From Patescibacteria group bacterium (GTDB taxonomy: Bacteria > Patescibacteriota > Patescibacteriia > Veblenbacterales > UBA10138), in the NCBI GenBank assembly GCA_041645215.1, contig JBAZQK010000006.1, positions 12,116 to 76,115 on the forward strand: DNA of 64,000 nucleotides, in the 5' to 3' direction. Positions within the stretch are counted from its first letter, which is position 1. Each line of letters begins with the position of its first letter. The position numbers were made by a program, and so were the translations under genes. The notes under the pieces were generated by a model that was not told the DNA's origin, searched no databases, and was given only the letters and a program-made list of their open reading frames with translations. Below are positions 28,251-38,112 of the stretch, one piece after another.

Positions 28251-29363
28251 ATGGTTAGCACTATAGCCGTTTTTATATTAGTATTACTGCTTCTCGTCTT
28301 GGTCCACGAGCTGGGCCATTTTTTGACAGCGCGCCGGCTGGGGGTAGCGGTGGAGGAGTTTGCTTTTGGTTTTCCGCCCCGTTTAACCAGCTTTAAGCGC
28401 GGTCCAACGACTTATGTCGTAAATTGGCTGCCTTTGGGCGGTTACGTTAAATTAAAAGGGGAGCATGGCGACGATAGTTTAGCGCCGGATAGTTTTGCCG
28501 CCCAGCCAGCCTGGCGGCGGGCGATTATACTGGTAGCCGGTGTGGCTATGAACGTCCTGTTGTGTCTGGTGTTACTGACCGGCGGTTTGATGGCGGGACT
28601 ACCGACCATTTTAGAACCGTCACAGGTGTCGCAAGCTAAGGCGGTTAAAATTCAGATTATAGATGTTTTGCCCAATAGTCCGGCTGACCAAGCTGGCATT
28701 AAACTGGGTGATGAAGTTCAAAAACTGAATAATCGGAGATTTGTTACAGTGCCGGAAATGCAAAACTATATTGCTGCGCAAGCTGGTCAAACCATAGATA
28801 TTACTTTGGCGCGCGGCAGTGAAATTATTAAGACCGCTCTTCGTCCTCAAGTACTGCCTGAATCTAAAGGGCGAGTCGCTCTGGGAGTAAGTTTGGTGCA
28901 AACCGGTATAGTGGCTTACCCGTGGTACGAGGCGATCGGCCGCGGCGCGGTGGCCACTTATAATTTAACGATTGAAATTGGACGAGGTTTTGGACAATTG
29001 TTTAAAAATTTAATTGTTAATCGCCAGGTTCCCAAAGATATAGCCGGGCCGGTCGGGATTGCGGTTATGACCGGTCAGGTGGCGGATTTAGGCTGGATTT
29101 ACGTGTTGCAATTTGCCGCGCTGTTATCGCTTAATTTGGCGTTTATAAATTTGTTGCCCTTTCCGGCGCTGGATGGCGGACGTCTGCTGTTCGTAATTAT
29201 AGAAAAGCTCCGCGGCAAGCCCAATAATCAAATGATTGAGGCGGTGGTGCATAATATCGGTTTTATGGTTTTAATGTTATTGGTGGTCGTAATAACTTAT
29301 CAGGATTTATTGCGTTTTGGCGGCGGAATAATTAAATCAGTAAGTAGCGTGTTTGGCTTATAA
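28251..29363 (+). CDS. rseP: RIP metalloprotease RseP (M50, PDZ)
   Basis: HELGH, PLGGYVKL, AGVAMN, NLLPFPALDGG. Confidence 0.96.
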   Translation: MVSTIAVFILVLLLLVLVHELGHFLTARRLGVAVEEFAFGFPPRLTSFKRGPTTYVVNWLPLGGYVKLKGEHGDDSLAPDSFAAQPAWRRAIILVAGVAMNVLLCLVLLTGGLMAGLPTILEPSQVSQAKAVKIQIIDVLPNSPADQAGIKLGDEVQKLNNRRFVTVPEMQNYIAAQAGQTIDITLARGSEIIKTALRPQVLPESKGRVALGVSLVQTGIVAYPWYEAIGRGAVATYNLTIEIGRGFGQLFKNLIVNRQVPKDIAGPVGIAVMTGQVADLGWIYVLQFAALLSLNLAFINLLPFPALDGGRLLFVIIEKLRGKPNNQMIEAVVHNIGFMVLMLLVVVITYQDLLRFGGGIIKSVSSVFGL

Positions 29364-29455
29364 ATTTTTTATGTCATTGCGAGAGTTGATAATCATCGGC
29401 TCGTGGCAATCCATGTTTTTAAAATCCAAATTAGTATAGTTGGAGGTTATCATGA

Positions 29456-29689
29456 GTGTGGCGAGGTAGTATTTTGGCATCTTCCGCCACCAGCCCTAAT
29501 TTAGTACCAGCCATCAGGCAGGCGGCAACCATTGTAACAAATGAAGGCGGTTTGACCAGCTATGCCGCCATCGTGGCTAGAGAATTTAAGATTCCTTGCA
29601 TTGTGGAAACCAGAATAGGAACGCAAGTGTTTAAAGATGGTGATGCAGTGGAGGTTGATGCTAATAAGGGGATAGTTAGAAAGTTATGA
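29456..29689 (+). pseudogene. Truncated PEP-utilizer swivel domain with His->Tyr at the phospho-acceptor
   Basis: EGGLTSYAAIVARE versus TCH/TSH/SSH in neighbours; no N-terminal domain; the SD-preceded ATG at 29452 is out of frame. Confidence 0.7.
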
Positions 29690-31182
29690 CAAAAAAGATT
29701 ACTCTACCACCCAAAGTCATAAAATTAGTCAAGGGTAATGAGTGGTACCACCAGCGGTTTGATGGTGCACCGATGTATATGTATTGCGTAGCTGAAGCGG
29801 AAATTAAACCGGAAGCGAGAAAGCCTAAAGGCACCGAGGCTAAAATGCGCGTGTCTTTTTTTATGCCCAACGGCAGAGGGGATTGGTATTTGGATATGGC
29901 TGATGTTAAACGCGGCGCGCAAATAATTATTGATTTGGCTAAAAAAGATGCACTTATAAGCCGGAAATTACTAAAGGCCTGGCGTAAGGACGAAGAATTG
30001 TTTGAAAAGTTTTTCTACCGGTTTGAAGCCTCATCATTAGGAAAATTAATGGATAAAGATTTATTGGCTTTATATAAGCAATATTATAAATTGTTTGTTA
30101 ACCGTTTTACATCTTCGGCCATAATAGACCATTTTGCTCTAGGTACGGATGAATACATAGCTAATATATTAAGAAAGGAAATGGGAAAAATTAAAAAGGA
30201 GTCGGAGTTTACCGAAATATTCAGTATCGCCACAGCACCGACCAAGCAGTCTTTTATTAATGAATCAGAGATGAAGCTGTTGGCATTAGCTTTAAAACCA
30301 CATCTTTCGGCAAAAGACTTGCAAAACTATCAAAAAGATTATTTCTGGATAAAAAATAATTATTACCAGGCTAGAAACCTGACTGTAACTGATTTTAAGA
30401 AAGAAATAAGTATTTGGAAAAAGTCTGGGGCTAATTTAACAGCCAAATATTGGCAATTGAAAAATGCGTCCCGGATGAATGCTAGAAAAAAAAATATATT
30501 GTTTAAAAAATATAAATTATCAAAATTGCTAAGAACTTTGTTAAAAATTTCTGACGATTTTACTTGGTGGCAGGATGAACGTAAAAAATCCACTTATTTA
30601 AATATTCACATTGGTAGTTGTATTTTGGGAGAGATGGCTAAGCGACGTGGGTACAACCCGGAAGTTATGAAATATTTACTGCCTGTTGAAGTTGGTTCAA
30701 TGTTTTTAAAAGGTATACCGTCGGCGCAAGAATTAAAAAATCGGCAAAAGGGTTGTGCTTTTGTGGTTTGGCATGGCGGTTTTTATGTGGCTACCGGTAA
30801 ACAAGTAACAGTATTACGAAACTTAATGTTTTCTTCTAAAAATAAAGATGAAGTCAAGGATTTAAGAGGTTTAACCGCGTCAGTCGGTAGGGTAATCGGC
30901 CCAGTCAAGGTGGTTAACTCAGTTAGAGAGATTAGTAAGGTAAAAAAAGGAGATATATTAGTGGCTGTTATGACCCGACCCGATTATATTGTAGGTATTA
31001 AAAAAGCCGCCGCGATTGTTACCAATGAAGGTGGAATCACCTGCCATGCCGCCATTGTGGCGCGCGAACTTGGTATTCCGTGTATAATCGCTACCAAAAT
31101 CGCCACCGAAGTCTTGCATGATGGCGATTTAGTGGAAGTCAACGCTAATCATGGGGTGGTTACTGTGTTAAAGAGAAAATAA
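29686..31182 (+). CDS. Variable N-domain + PEP-utilizer His-swivel protein, paralog 1
   Basis: C-terminal GDILVAVMTRPDY...EGGITCHAAIVARELGIPCI...VEVNANHG. Confidence 0.9.
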   Translation: MTKKITLPPKVIKLVKGNEWYHQRFDGAPMYMYCVAEAEIKPEARKPKGTEAKMRVSFFMPNGRGDWYLDMADVKRGAQIIIDLAKKDALISRKLLKAWRKDEELFEKFFYRFEASSLGKLMDKDLLALYKQYYKLFVNRFTSSAIIDHFALGTDEYIANILRKEMGKIKKESEFTEIFSIATAPTKQSFINESEMKLLALALKPHLSAKDLQNYQKDYFWIKNNYYQARNLTVTDFKKEISIWKKSGANLTAKYWQLKNASRMNARKKNILFKKYKLSKLLRTLLKISDDFTWWQDERKKSTYLNIHIGSCILGEMAKRRGYNPEVMKYLLPVEVGSMFLKGIPSAQELKNRQKGCAFVVWHGGFYVATGKQVTVLRNLMFSSKNKDEVKDLRGLTASVGRVIGPVKVVNSVREISKVKKGDILVAVMTRPDYIVGIKKAAAIVTNEGGITCHAAIVARELGIPCIIATKIATEVLHDGDLVEVNANHGVVTVLKRK

Positions 31183-31185
31183 TTT

Positions 31186-32607
31186 ATGACAAAATGGCAT
31201 TGGTATATGCGTGGCACTATTTATCCGCATCGGGCCGATATTGGACAATTGGGTATTTTTAAGTATGGAAAATATAATTTAATTCCCATAACATCAGATT
31301 TGTATATTAACGAAGGTTCTAGAATGTGGTGGGCGTGGGATGTAGCTCAAATCACAAAACTAGGTAATGCTATTTTAAAACAGTGTAAGACTAAATCTGG
31401 CGTTGCCAAACATGTAAATAAGCTAATTGCCTTATTGAGCAAGGCCATAGAGTCAGCCGATATATTTAAACAGGGAGATTTAACGAAATTAAGTGATAAA
31501 GAATTAGCCGGACAGTATCAATTACTTTACAAAGATAATTTGGAAACCCACGGCATTTTAAATGAAGATGTAGATGCGTTTGATGTGGTGTTTGATAATT
31601 TTTTGCAAACAGAATTAAGACGCTATGTTAATTTAGCTGGGGATAAATTTATTTCCGTCTATAAAGATTTGTCAACACCTTGCCATACTTCATATTTGCA
31701 ACAGCAAAACTATGATACAGCTAAGCTATATTTAAACTCAAAAGGTCAAAGCGAAACGGTTGATATTTTACATAATGAATATTGGTGGACAAGCATGGGT
31801 TGGGAAAGTATGAAGCCGCACAGTAAAGGTTATTTTATGCATCAGGTAAAAACAATGAACCGAGTTTTGGCAACAAGGATTATTAATGATTATAAAAAAC
31901 AAGCCGCTTTAGTTGCCAAACAGCGCCGGAGACTGCTTCGCCAATATAAGTTACCCAGGCAATTTAGTCGCTGGCTATGGGTTTTGGATAAGTATGCCTA
32001 TTTACATGACTGCAGAAAAGAAATGCAGGTTAAAACCATGTATGCTTATCATTTGATTTTATTAGAGACTGCTAAAAGGTTAAAGATTAAAGAATCGGAT
32101 TTGGAGTGGTTATTTCATAATGAGGTCGCGGGTTTATTAAAAGGTAAGAGACTTAATAAAAAACTGATAGCTGATAGAAAAATATCAGTGACCTCCCAGG
32201 TAACATCTAAAAAAATAATTATAAATGAAGGGAATAAAGCTCATCGGATAAAGATTAAAAGTCTTAATTTAGATAGAAAAAATATTACTTTAGTTAAGGG
32301 TTTGGCTGTAACTGCTGGTTTAGTACATGGACGTGCCTTGGTTTGTCAAGGGGCCAAAGAGGCCATTAGCAAAGTTAAACAAGGTGATATTTTGATATGC
32401 CCCATGACCTTACCGGATTATTTGCCAGCCATGAAAATGGCTAAAGCCATCGTGACAGATGAAGGTGGTTTAACCTGCCATGCTGCCATAATCGCGCGTG
32501 AGCTGGGTAAGGTTTGTATAGTTGGCACAAAAGAGGCCACCCGGGTATTTAAGACCGGCGATTTGGTAGAGGTTGATGCTAATAGAGGCGTTATTCGTAA
32601 GTTATAG
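31186..32607 (+). CDS. Variable N-domain + His-swivel protein, paralog 2
   Basis: MTLPDY...EGGLTCHAAIIARELG. Confidence 0.9.
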   Translation: MTKWHWYMRGTIYPHRADIGQLGIFKYGKYNLIPITSDLYINEGSRMWWAWDVAQITKLGNAILKQCKTKSGVAKHVNKLIALLSKAIESADIFKQGDLTKLSDKELAGQYQLLYKDNLETHGILNEDVDAFDVVFDNFLQTELRRYVNLAGDKFISVYKDLSTPCHTSYLQQQNYDTAKLYLNSKGQSETVDILHNEYWWTSMGWESMKPHSKGYFMHQVKTMNRVLATRIINDYKKQAALVAKQRRRLLRQYKLPRQFSRWLWVLDKYAYLHDCRKEMQVKTMYAYHLILLETAKRLKIKESDLEWLFHNEVAGLLKGKRLNKKLIADRKISVTSQVTSKKIIINEGNKAHRIKIKSLNLDRKNITLVKGLAVTAGLVHGRALVCQGAKEAISKVKQGDILICPMTLPDYLPAMKMAKAIVTDEGGLTCHAAIIARELGKVCIVGTKEATRVFKTGDLVEVDANRGVIRKL

Positions 32608-32610
32608 TTT

Positions 32611-33255
32611 ATGGAGAATAAAACTTTTTATCTTTGGGATTTGGCTGATACCATTTTTATTGAAAAATGGAACGCTGAATTATCCGGCGTGCCGTCTTTT
32701 AATGCTTATGTGGAGTCTTTGGGATATGATTTAAAAACTATCAGTCCTTTAGATTATGAATTATGTTATGAAAAACCGTATCGTGATGGTTTATATGATT
32801 TATCAATTGCTGATGGATTTAAAGAAGTTCTAACTTGGACGAAAAACAATGGCGTTTTTACTACTGGTAACAAAGAGCAAATTAATTGGCGAGCTGAACA
32901 GTTGTTAAGAAAATATGGGTTTGGCATTCGTGACTTTTTGAAAGAGATATATAGCACTTTTGATTATAGTAACACCAATGTTAAAACCGAAGCTATGTTA
33001 GTAGATTTAATAGGTAAAAAATTTAAGCAAGGGCTTGGGATTATAGTTTATACAGACGATAGAGAGGCTAATTGCAGGTTTTTTATTAGTGCAGCTGAAA
33101 AGTGTCAAAATAATGGGGTGAGGGTTGAATATCGGGTGTATAATTTAGGTAATGATGATAGTAAGTTAGAAAAATTGTCAGATAACTATTATAAAATTGG
33201 CGATCTATATCAATTGAAAGATAATGAAGAAAATTTATTAAAGCCCAATGATTAA
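32611..33255 (+). CDS. HAD-superfamily hydrolase-like protein
   Basis: N-terminal YLWDLADT, FTTG, K, YTDD motif pattern. Confidence 0.6.
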   Translation: MENKTFYLWDLADTIFIEKWNAELSGVPSFNAYVESLGYDLKTISPLDYELCYEKPYRDGLYDLSIADGFKEVLTWTKNNGVFTTGNKEQINWRAEQLLRKYGFGIRDFLKEIYSTFDYSNTNVKTEAMLVDLIGKKFKQGLGIIVYTDDREANCRFFISAAEKCQNNGVRVEYRVYNLGNDDSKLEKLSDNYYKIGDLYQLKDNEENLLKPND

Positions 33256-34690
33256 TCCTAATAAAAATTTGTGGCGGTGGGGACCAATAGACGGCCGGCC
33301 GATATATCCGGACCCGTGGTACGACGGTATGACTGTTAATATGAAGGCATTTTCACCGAGTTGGCCAAGTAGTTATTCTTTATATAAAAAAGACAGGTAT
33401 TCTTATGTTTGTGAATATGAGCCTTTATATAAAAACGCGGAGAAAATATTCGTTAAGTATATATTGAATGAAGCCAATTTTAAAAGAATATACAGAAAAT
33501 GGCGCAATATTGTAAAGAGGTTAGTCAACCTAAATGCTAAAATGTCCCCAAGTAGTCTCAGGTCGTTAAATGATTTAGAACTCTATAAAACAATCAATTT
33601 ATGGTATAAAGTTTATAGTTATGAATTTTGGGGTGTTGGGTTAGTACCGGAAATTGCTAATTTTGGCGGGGAATCATTGCTTAGAAATATACTTCGGAAA
33701 AAATCTGTCGTTATGGGGGCGGAGGTTAGTTTAATGGAAAAGTTGTCGGCGCCTGATAAATTTTCGTTTTATACGCAAGAAGAAATAGATCTATTAAAAC
33801 TTCGTAAGATAAAAGGAAAGCCATTAAATCAGTCTTTGGTTAAGCATCAGCAAAAATATTTTTGGATACTGAATAGTTATCGCCAGACTAAAGTTTTATC
33901 AGTGGACTATTTTGCTAAGTACTTAAAAAAGTTTTCTAATGTACATGCTAGAGACAGAATAAAGGCATTAAAAAAACAAATAAAAATAGTTAAATTTATT
34001 AAAGCAAAGTTAGTACGTCAATATTCACTAGGTAAGGACGCATTGATGATATCTAACAAATTAGCTTGTTGTATTTGGTGGCAGGACAACAGAAAATCGT
34101 ATATATTTCAAACTAATCATGTTATAGATGTAATAGTTAATGAATTATCTCGTCGCTATGATATTAGTAAAAGCGATTTACATTATTATGTTTTTAAAGA
34201 TATTTTAAAATTAATTAAAACTGGAAAAAAATTATCAATTAAAGAACTAAAACAAAGACAAAGTTATTTTGCTGTGGTTTGGGATAGGCAGAAAGGGACT
34301 ATGTATGTATCCGGAGGTAAAGCTAAAAAGTTATATAATTTGTATCAAATAAAACCGAATGTTAAGTCTATAAAGCAAATTAGGGGTGAGGCTGTTAGCG
34401 CTGGAGTTGTTAAGGGTAAGGTGAGAGTTATTTTGTCAGCCCGTGAGGTCAATAAATTACGACCTGGAGAAATATTAATAACCACTATGACTTCGCCCGA
34501 TTTTATTGTGGCTATGCGTAAAGCTGCGGCCGTAGTAACCGACGTTGGTGGTATTACCAGCCACGCCGCTATAGTCTCGCGTGAACTTAGAATACCCTGC
34601 ATAGTGGGTACCAGAATCGCCACTAAAGTTTTGAGAAATGCTGATTTGGTGGAAGTTGATGCCAATAAAGGAATCGTTAAAAAATTATAA
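33248..34690 (+). CDS. Variable N-domain + His-swivel protein, paralog 3
   Basis: MTSPDF...VGGITSHAAIVSRELRIPCIVGT. Confidence 0.9.
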   Translation: MINPNKNLWRWGPIDGRPIYPDPWYDGMTVNMKAFSPSWPSSYSLYKKDRYSYVCEYEPLYKNAEKIFVKYILNEANFKRIYRKWRNIVKRLVNLNAKMSPSSLRSLNDLELYKTINLWYKVYSYEFWGVGLVPEIANFGGESLLRNILRKKSVVMGAEVSLMEKLSAPDKFSFYTQEEIDLLKLRKIKGKPLNQSLVKHQQKYFWILNSYRQTKVLSVDYFAKYLKKFSNVHARDRIKALKKQIKIVKFIKAKLVRQYSLGKDALMISNKLACCIWWQDNRKSYIFQTNHVIDVIVNELSRRYDISKSDLHYYVFKDILKLIKTGKKLSIKELKQRQSYFAVVWDRQKGTMYVSGGKAKKLYNLYQIKPNVKSIKQIRGEAVSAGVVKGKVRVILSAREVNKLRPGEILITTMTSPDFIVAMRKAAAVVTDVGGITSHAAIVSRELRIPCIVGTRIATKVLRNADLVEVDANKGIVKKL

Positions 34691-34693
34691 TTA

Positions 34694-34725
34694 TCCGCTC
34701 CCATGCTCTAGAGCATGGGAGCGGA
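34694..34725. promoter_or_regulatory. 32-bp perfect palindrome, candidate operator 1
   Basis: TCCGCTCCCATGCTCT|AGAGCATGGGAGCGGA directly before the SD of the TrpR-like gene. Confidence 0.65.
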
Positions 34726-34741
34726 GGAGGAAATAAGAATT

Positions 34742-35053
34742 ATGCCACGATATAATGAAAAAAGAATACCATATCAGACTCAAGAAAAACTTCTTGATAT
34801 GTTTTGTGATATTCTTAAAAACATGAAAAAACGTCAGGACGTTAAAGATTTTTTAAAAGATTTATTAAATCGTCAAGAACGAGTAATGTTGGTACGCCGA
34901 TTACTGATAGCTGATATGTTACTTAGAAAGTTATCTTATCGTGAAATTACAAATAAATTACGGTGTGGCTCTTCAACTATAGCGCGAGTAGAGCGTTGGT
35001 TAAATTTTGGTCGAGGTGGTTACAAACTAGCTATTAATCATAAAGTAAAATAA
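34742..35053 (+). CDS. TrpR-like (YerC/YecD) helix-turn-helix protein
   Basis: FLKDLL..QE..ML.RRL.IA.ML...SYREI...L.CGSSTIARV.RWL..GRGGY; GGAGGAGG upstream of ATG 34742. Confidence 0.9.
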   Translation: MPRYNEKRIPYQTQEKLLDMFCDILKNMKKRQDVKDFLKDLLNRQERVMLVRRLLIADMLLRKLSYREITNKLRCGSSTIARVERWLNFGRGGYKLAINHKVK

Positions 35054-35057
35054 TTAG

Positions 35058-35085
35058 TGCTCCCATGCTCTAGAGCATGGGAGCA
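35058..35085. promoter_or_regulatory. 28-bp perfect palindrome, candidate operator 2
   Basis: TGCTCCCATGCTCT|AGAGCATGGGAGCA; 26-bp core identical to 34697-34722. Confidence 0.65.
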
Positions 35086-35094
35086 AAGGTCTGT

Positions 35095-36615
35095 ATGATA
35101 ATTAGTGAATTAACTAAAGAAATAAAGCGGGAAACTTGGTGGAGCGAAGAGTCACCAGGCACGCCCATGTTTTCTTTGTGGATACAGCAGTTCGTACGGC
35201 AATCTAAGTATTGGCATCCTAAATTGCCTAATATTATATTGGTATTTTTTAAAAATGATTTTTTATATGAAGAAACTCCGGAAAAGCAAAAACTGCAAAT
35301 CTGGAATTATGTTTTAGAACAGTATATTAAATATCCACAAATTCAACTGCGTCATTATAAGAAGTGGAAAGCCGTGTCTGAGAATTTAGTTAAAGAAAGG
35401 GAGTGGTTTCTAAAACACAAACATCATTTAAACAGCCAAGAATTGGCTGCGTCGTTTGCCAAAGTCAGCCAATTGATTAATGAGCACTGGCGGATTACTT
35501 GGGTGCAGGAAAGCGCTGATATTTTTACCACCTATGAGTTGCCGCAATTAATTCAAAAAGAAAATCCTAATTTATCGCTGGAACAGGCGACAGGTATTGC
35601 CATAATTTTATGCGCACCTGAATTTTTAAGTTTTATGGAAGAACAGCACACAGAACTTTTAAAAATAGCTATTTTGTACTATAGAAAAATTAAAAATGCT
35701 AAGAGGATTACTGGGGTTGATAAAAGGTTACGTGAAACCATAAATGGATTCTCCCAAAAGTATATTTGGTTATTGTCTAATTATAAAGAAGCTAGGCCTT
35801 TTGGTATTGGGCAAGTTTGGCAACAATTACGCTATGAATGCCAAAATAAAACTTTGTCTAAATTAAAAAAAGATTTAAAGAGTGTTAGAAGCAAAGTAGT
35901 TCGTTTAAAAAGACAAAAAAATAAATTATATCGGGATTTAAGTATTTCCCCCCGGCTAAGAAAAGCTTTTAATCTGCTTACTTTTTGGGCAACATGGATG
36001 GATGAGCGTAAACAAACAGCGCTTGTAGGTAATTGGTATTTGGAATTTTATGCCCGAGAAGTGGCTAAGTGTTTAGGTATTAATATTTGGAATATTAAAT
36101 ATTTTACTGCTGCTGAATTACATCAAGCTTTATCAAAAGGTAAGTTGCCAAATAAACTAGAATTAAAAAAGCGTCGTCGGTTTTGTGTGTTTGCGATTAC
36201 AAAACAAGGCAGCAAGATAGTGGAAAAGATTTATACCGGGGGAAACGCGACTAAATTGTGGTCATTAATATTTACTAAACCAACAAGCAGCCTAATAAAA
36301 GGACAAGTAGCTAGTGCGCCGATAAGTAAAATGAGTGGCAAGGTTCAGATAGTTTTAGACCCGCATCGCGATAAGTTTACCAACGGTCGCATATTGGTTA
36401 CCACTATGACCCGACCAGACTTTGTGCCTTTAATTCGGCGAGCTAGTGCTATAATTACTGATGAAGGCGGTATTACCTGCCACGCCGCCATTATTTCCCG
36501 CGAATTAGGTATTCCTTGTATAATTGGCACTAAAGTAGCTAGTAAGATTTTAAAGAATGGCAATAAAGTAGAATTGGATTTGGCATCAGGTGGGGTTAAA
36601 ATTTATAAAAAATAA
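35095..36615 (+). CDS. Variable N-domain + His-swivel protein, paralog 4
   Basis: MTRPDF...EGGITCHAAIISRELGIPCIIGT; start moved past the palindrome to ATG 35095. Confidence 0.9.
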   Translation: MIISELTKEIKRETWWSEESPGTPMFSLWIQQFVRQSKYWHPKLPNIILVFFKNDFLYEETPEKQKLQIWNYVLEQYIKYPQIQLRHYKKWKAVSENLVKEREWFLKHKHHLNSQELAASFAKVSQLINEHWRITWVQESADIFTTYELPQLIQKENPNLSLEQATGIAIILCAPEFLSFMEEQHTELLKIAILYYRKIKNAKRITGVDKRLRETINGFSQKYIWLLSNYKEARPFGIGQVWQQLRYECQNKTLSKLKKDLKSVRSKVVRLKRQKNKLYRDLSISPRLRKAFNLLTFWATWMDERKQTALVGNWYLEFYAREVAKCLGINIWNIKYFTAAELHQALSKGKLPNKLELKKRRRFCVFAITKQGSKIVEKIYTGGNATKLWSLIFTKPTSSLIKGQVASAPISKMSGKVQIVLDPHRDKFTNGRILVTTMTRPDFVPLIRRASAIITDEGGITCHAAIISRELGIPCIIGTKVASKILKNGNKVELDLASGGVKIYKK

Positions 36616-36630
36616 GTTATATAGATAAAT

Positions 36631-38094
36631 ATGAAACTTTATTATATTCAAAGAAAATCCAGCATGTCTTCAATCTTATGGCTTTTGGGTTGTGGTTTAG
36701 GCATGACTCATTACCCAGTTAAGCAAGTTTATGCTGGGTATGATTTGGGTAACACTATTTGGCTGGGTCGTCGTGAGGAAGGGTTTCTGTGCGGCGATAA
36801 ATCTACTCATATTGATAAATTGGTTAGTTCATTTCAAAATTATGTTTTAAAGAATCCACGGCATGTATTTAATATAAAAAAAATATTTTTAAACAGGTCA
36901 CGTAAATTAGTTGGTTTAGTCAAACATTTAGCCAGTTTTGATTATACCGAGGCCAGCAACAGTCAATTGTATGATGATTATAAAAGAGTAGTGGATAGTT
37001 ATAAGGAAGTTTATACTTACGGTGAGCCGTTAGCCATTGCCTTGGGAAATTTTTCCGATAGGATAAAAAAACATTTTATACCCCAGGGCATGACCGATGC
37101 TGATTATGAAATTTTGCTCTTACCCCAGGAACTTTCTTTTGTGCAAAGAGAGAGGCTGGATTTATTGGAAATAGCTTGTCTGGTTAAAAATGGAAAAGTG
37201 GATAAAAAGATTAAACAATTATTACAAAGTCATGTGGCTAAGTATACTTGGTTGCCATATGATTATGGCGTTACCAGTTATAAAATTGACCATTTTATTA
37301 AAGAGCTGAAAAAACTGGTTAACAAGGGGCGGCGGCAAATTTTAGCAAATTATCGCCACCTTGCTAACTATTCTCGAAATTTACAAAAGCAGCAAAATAA
37401 CATAGCGGCTAAATATAAATTTAATAACAAGCAGCAAAGTTTAATTGAAATTGTTAGAACCACTTTTTATTTGGTTGATTATAAAAAAGAATTATTTACG
37501 CAACTTCATTGGTATTCAGAAAGATTATTTATAGAAGTAAGCCGCCGACTAAAAACGCCCCAGCATTTAGTAAGGTATATGTTGCCGTATGAAGTGAGTA
37601 TGTGTTTGCTAAAGGGAGTACCCGTAAAAAAACTGCAAATCCAATCGCGTTACAATAATTGTGTAATTACTATTAAAAAATCAGGAAGGGTGAACGTTAT
37701 TGATGGTAATAAAGCTAAATTGATAATTGATAACTTTATCAGTTCACATAAAAAGGGTGAAAAGCGGGATTATTTATCCGGGCGCGTTGGTAATTCAGGA
37801 AGCGCGCGTGGTTTGGTAAGAGTAATTATGGATGCCAGAAAAATAGATACTTTTAAACATGGGGAAATATTGGTAGCACCCATGACTTCACCCGATTATA
37901 TACTGGCCATACGCAAAGCGGCAGCGATAGTGACGGATGAAGGCGGTACAACCTGCCACGCCGCCATTGTCTCGCGAGAACTTAATATACCCTGCGTTAT
38001 TGCCACCAAGAAAGCCACCCAAGTCTTTAAGACTGGTGATATGGTGGAAGTAGATGCTACGCGTGGTATAGTAAGATTATTAAAATCATCTTAA
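36631..38094 (+). CDS. Variable N-domain + His-swivel protein, paralog 5
   Basis: MTSPDY...EGGTTCHAAIVSRELNIPCV. Confidence 0.9.
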   Translation: MKLYYIQRKSSMSSILWLLGCGLGMTHYPVKQVYAGYDLGNTIWLGRREEGFLCGDKSTHIDKLVSSFQNYVLKNPRHVFNIKKIFLNRSRKLVGLVKHLASFDYTEASNSQLYDDYKRVVDSYKEVYTYGEPLAIALGNFSDRIKKHFIPQGMTDADYEILLLPQELSFVQRERLDLLEIACLVKNGKVDKKIKQLLQSHVAKYTWLPYDYGVTSYKIDHFIKELKKLVNKGRRQILANYRHLANYSRNLQKQQNNIAAKYKFNNKQQSLIEIVRTTFYLVDYKKELFTQLHWYSERLFIEVSRRLKTPQHLVRYMLPYEVSMCLLKGVPVKKLQIQSRYNNCVITIKKSGRVNVIDGNKAKLIIDNFISSHKKGEKRDYLSGRVGNSGSARGLVRVIMDARKIDTFKHGEILVAPMTSPDYILAIRKAAAIVTDEGGTTCHAAIVSRELNIPCVIATKKATQVFKTGDMVEVDATRGIVRLLKSS

Positions 38095-38112
38095 TTATTA
38101 ATTGTTATTTAT

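Noticed and set aside
34715-35094. ORF-track starts at 34715 and 35077
   Set aside because: Both ATGs lie inside the palindromes; 34742 (with SD) and 35095 are more plausible
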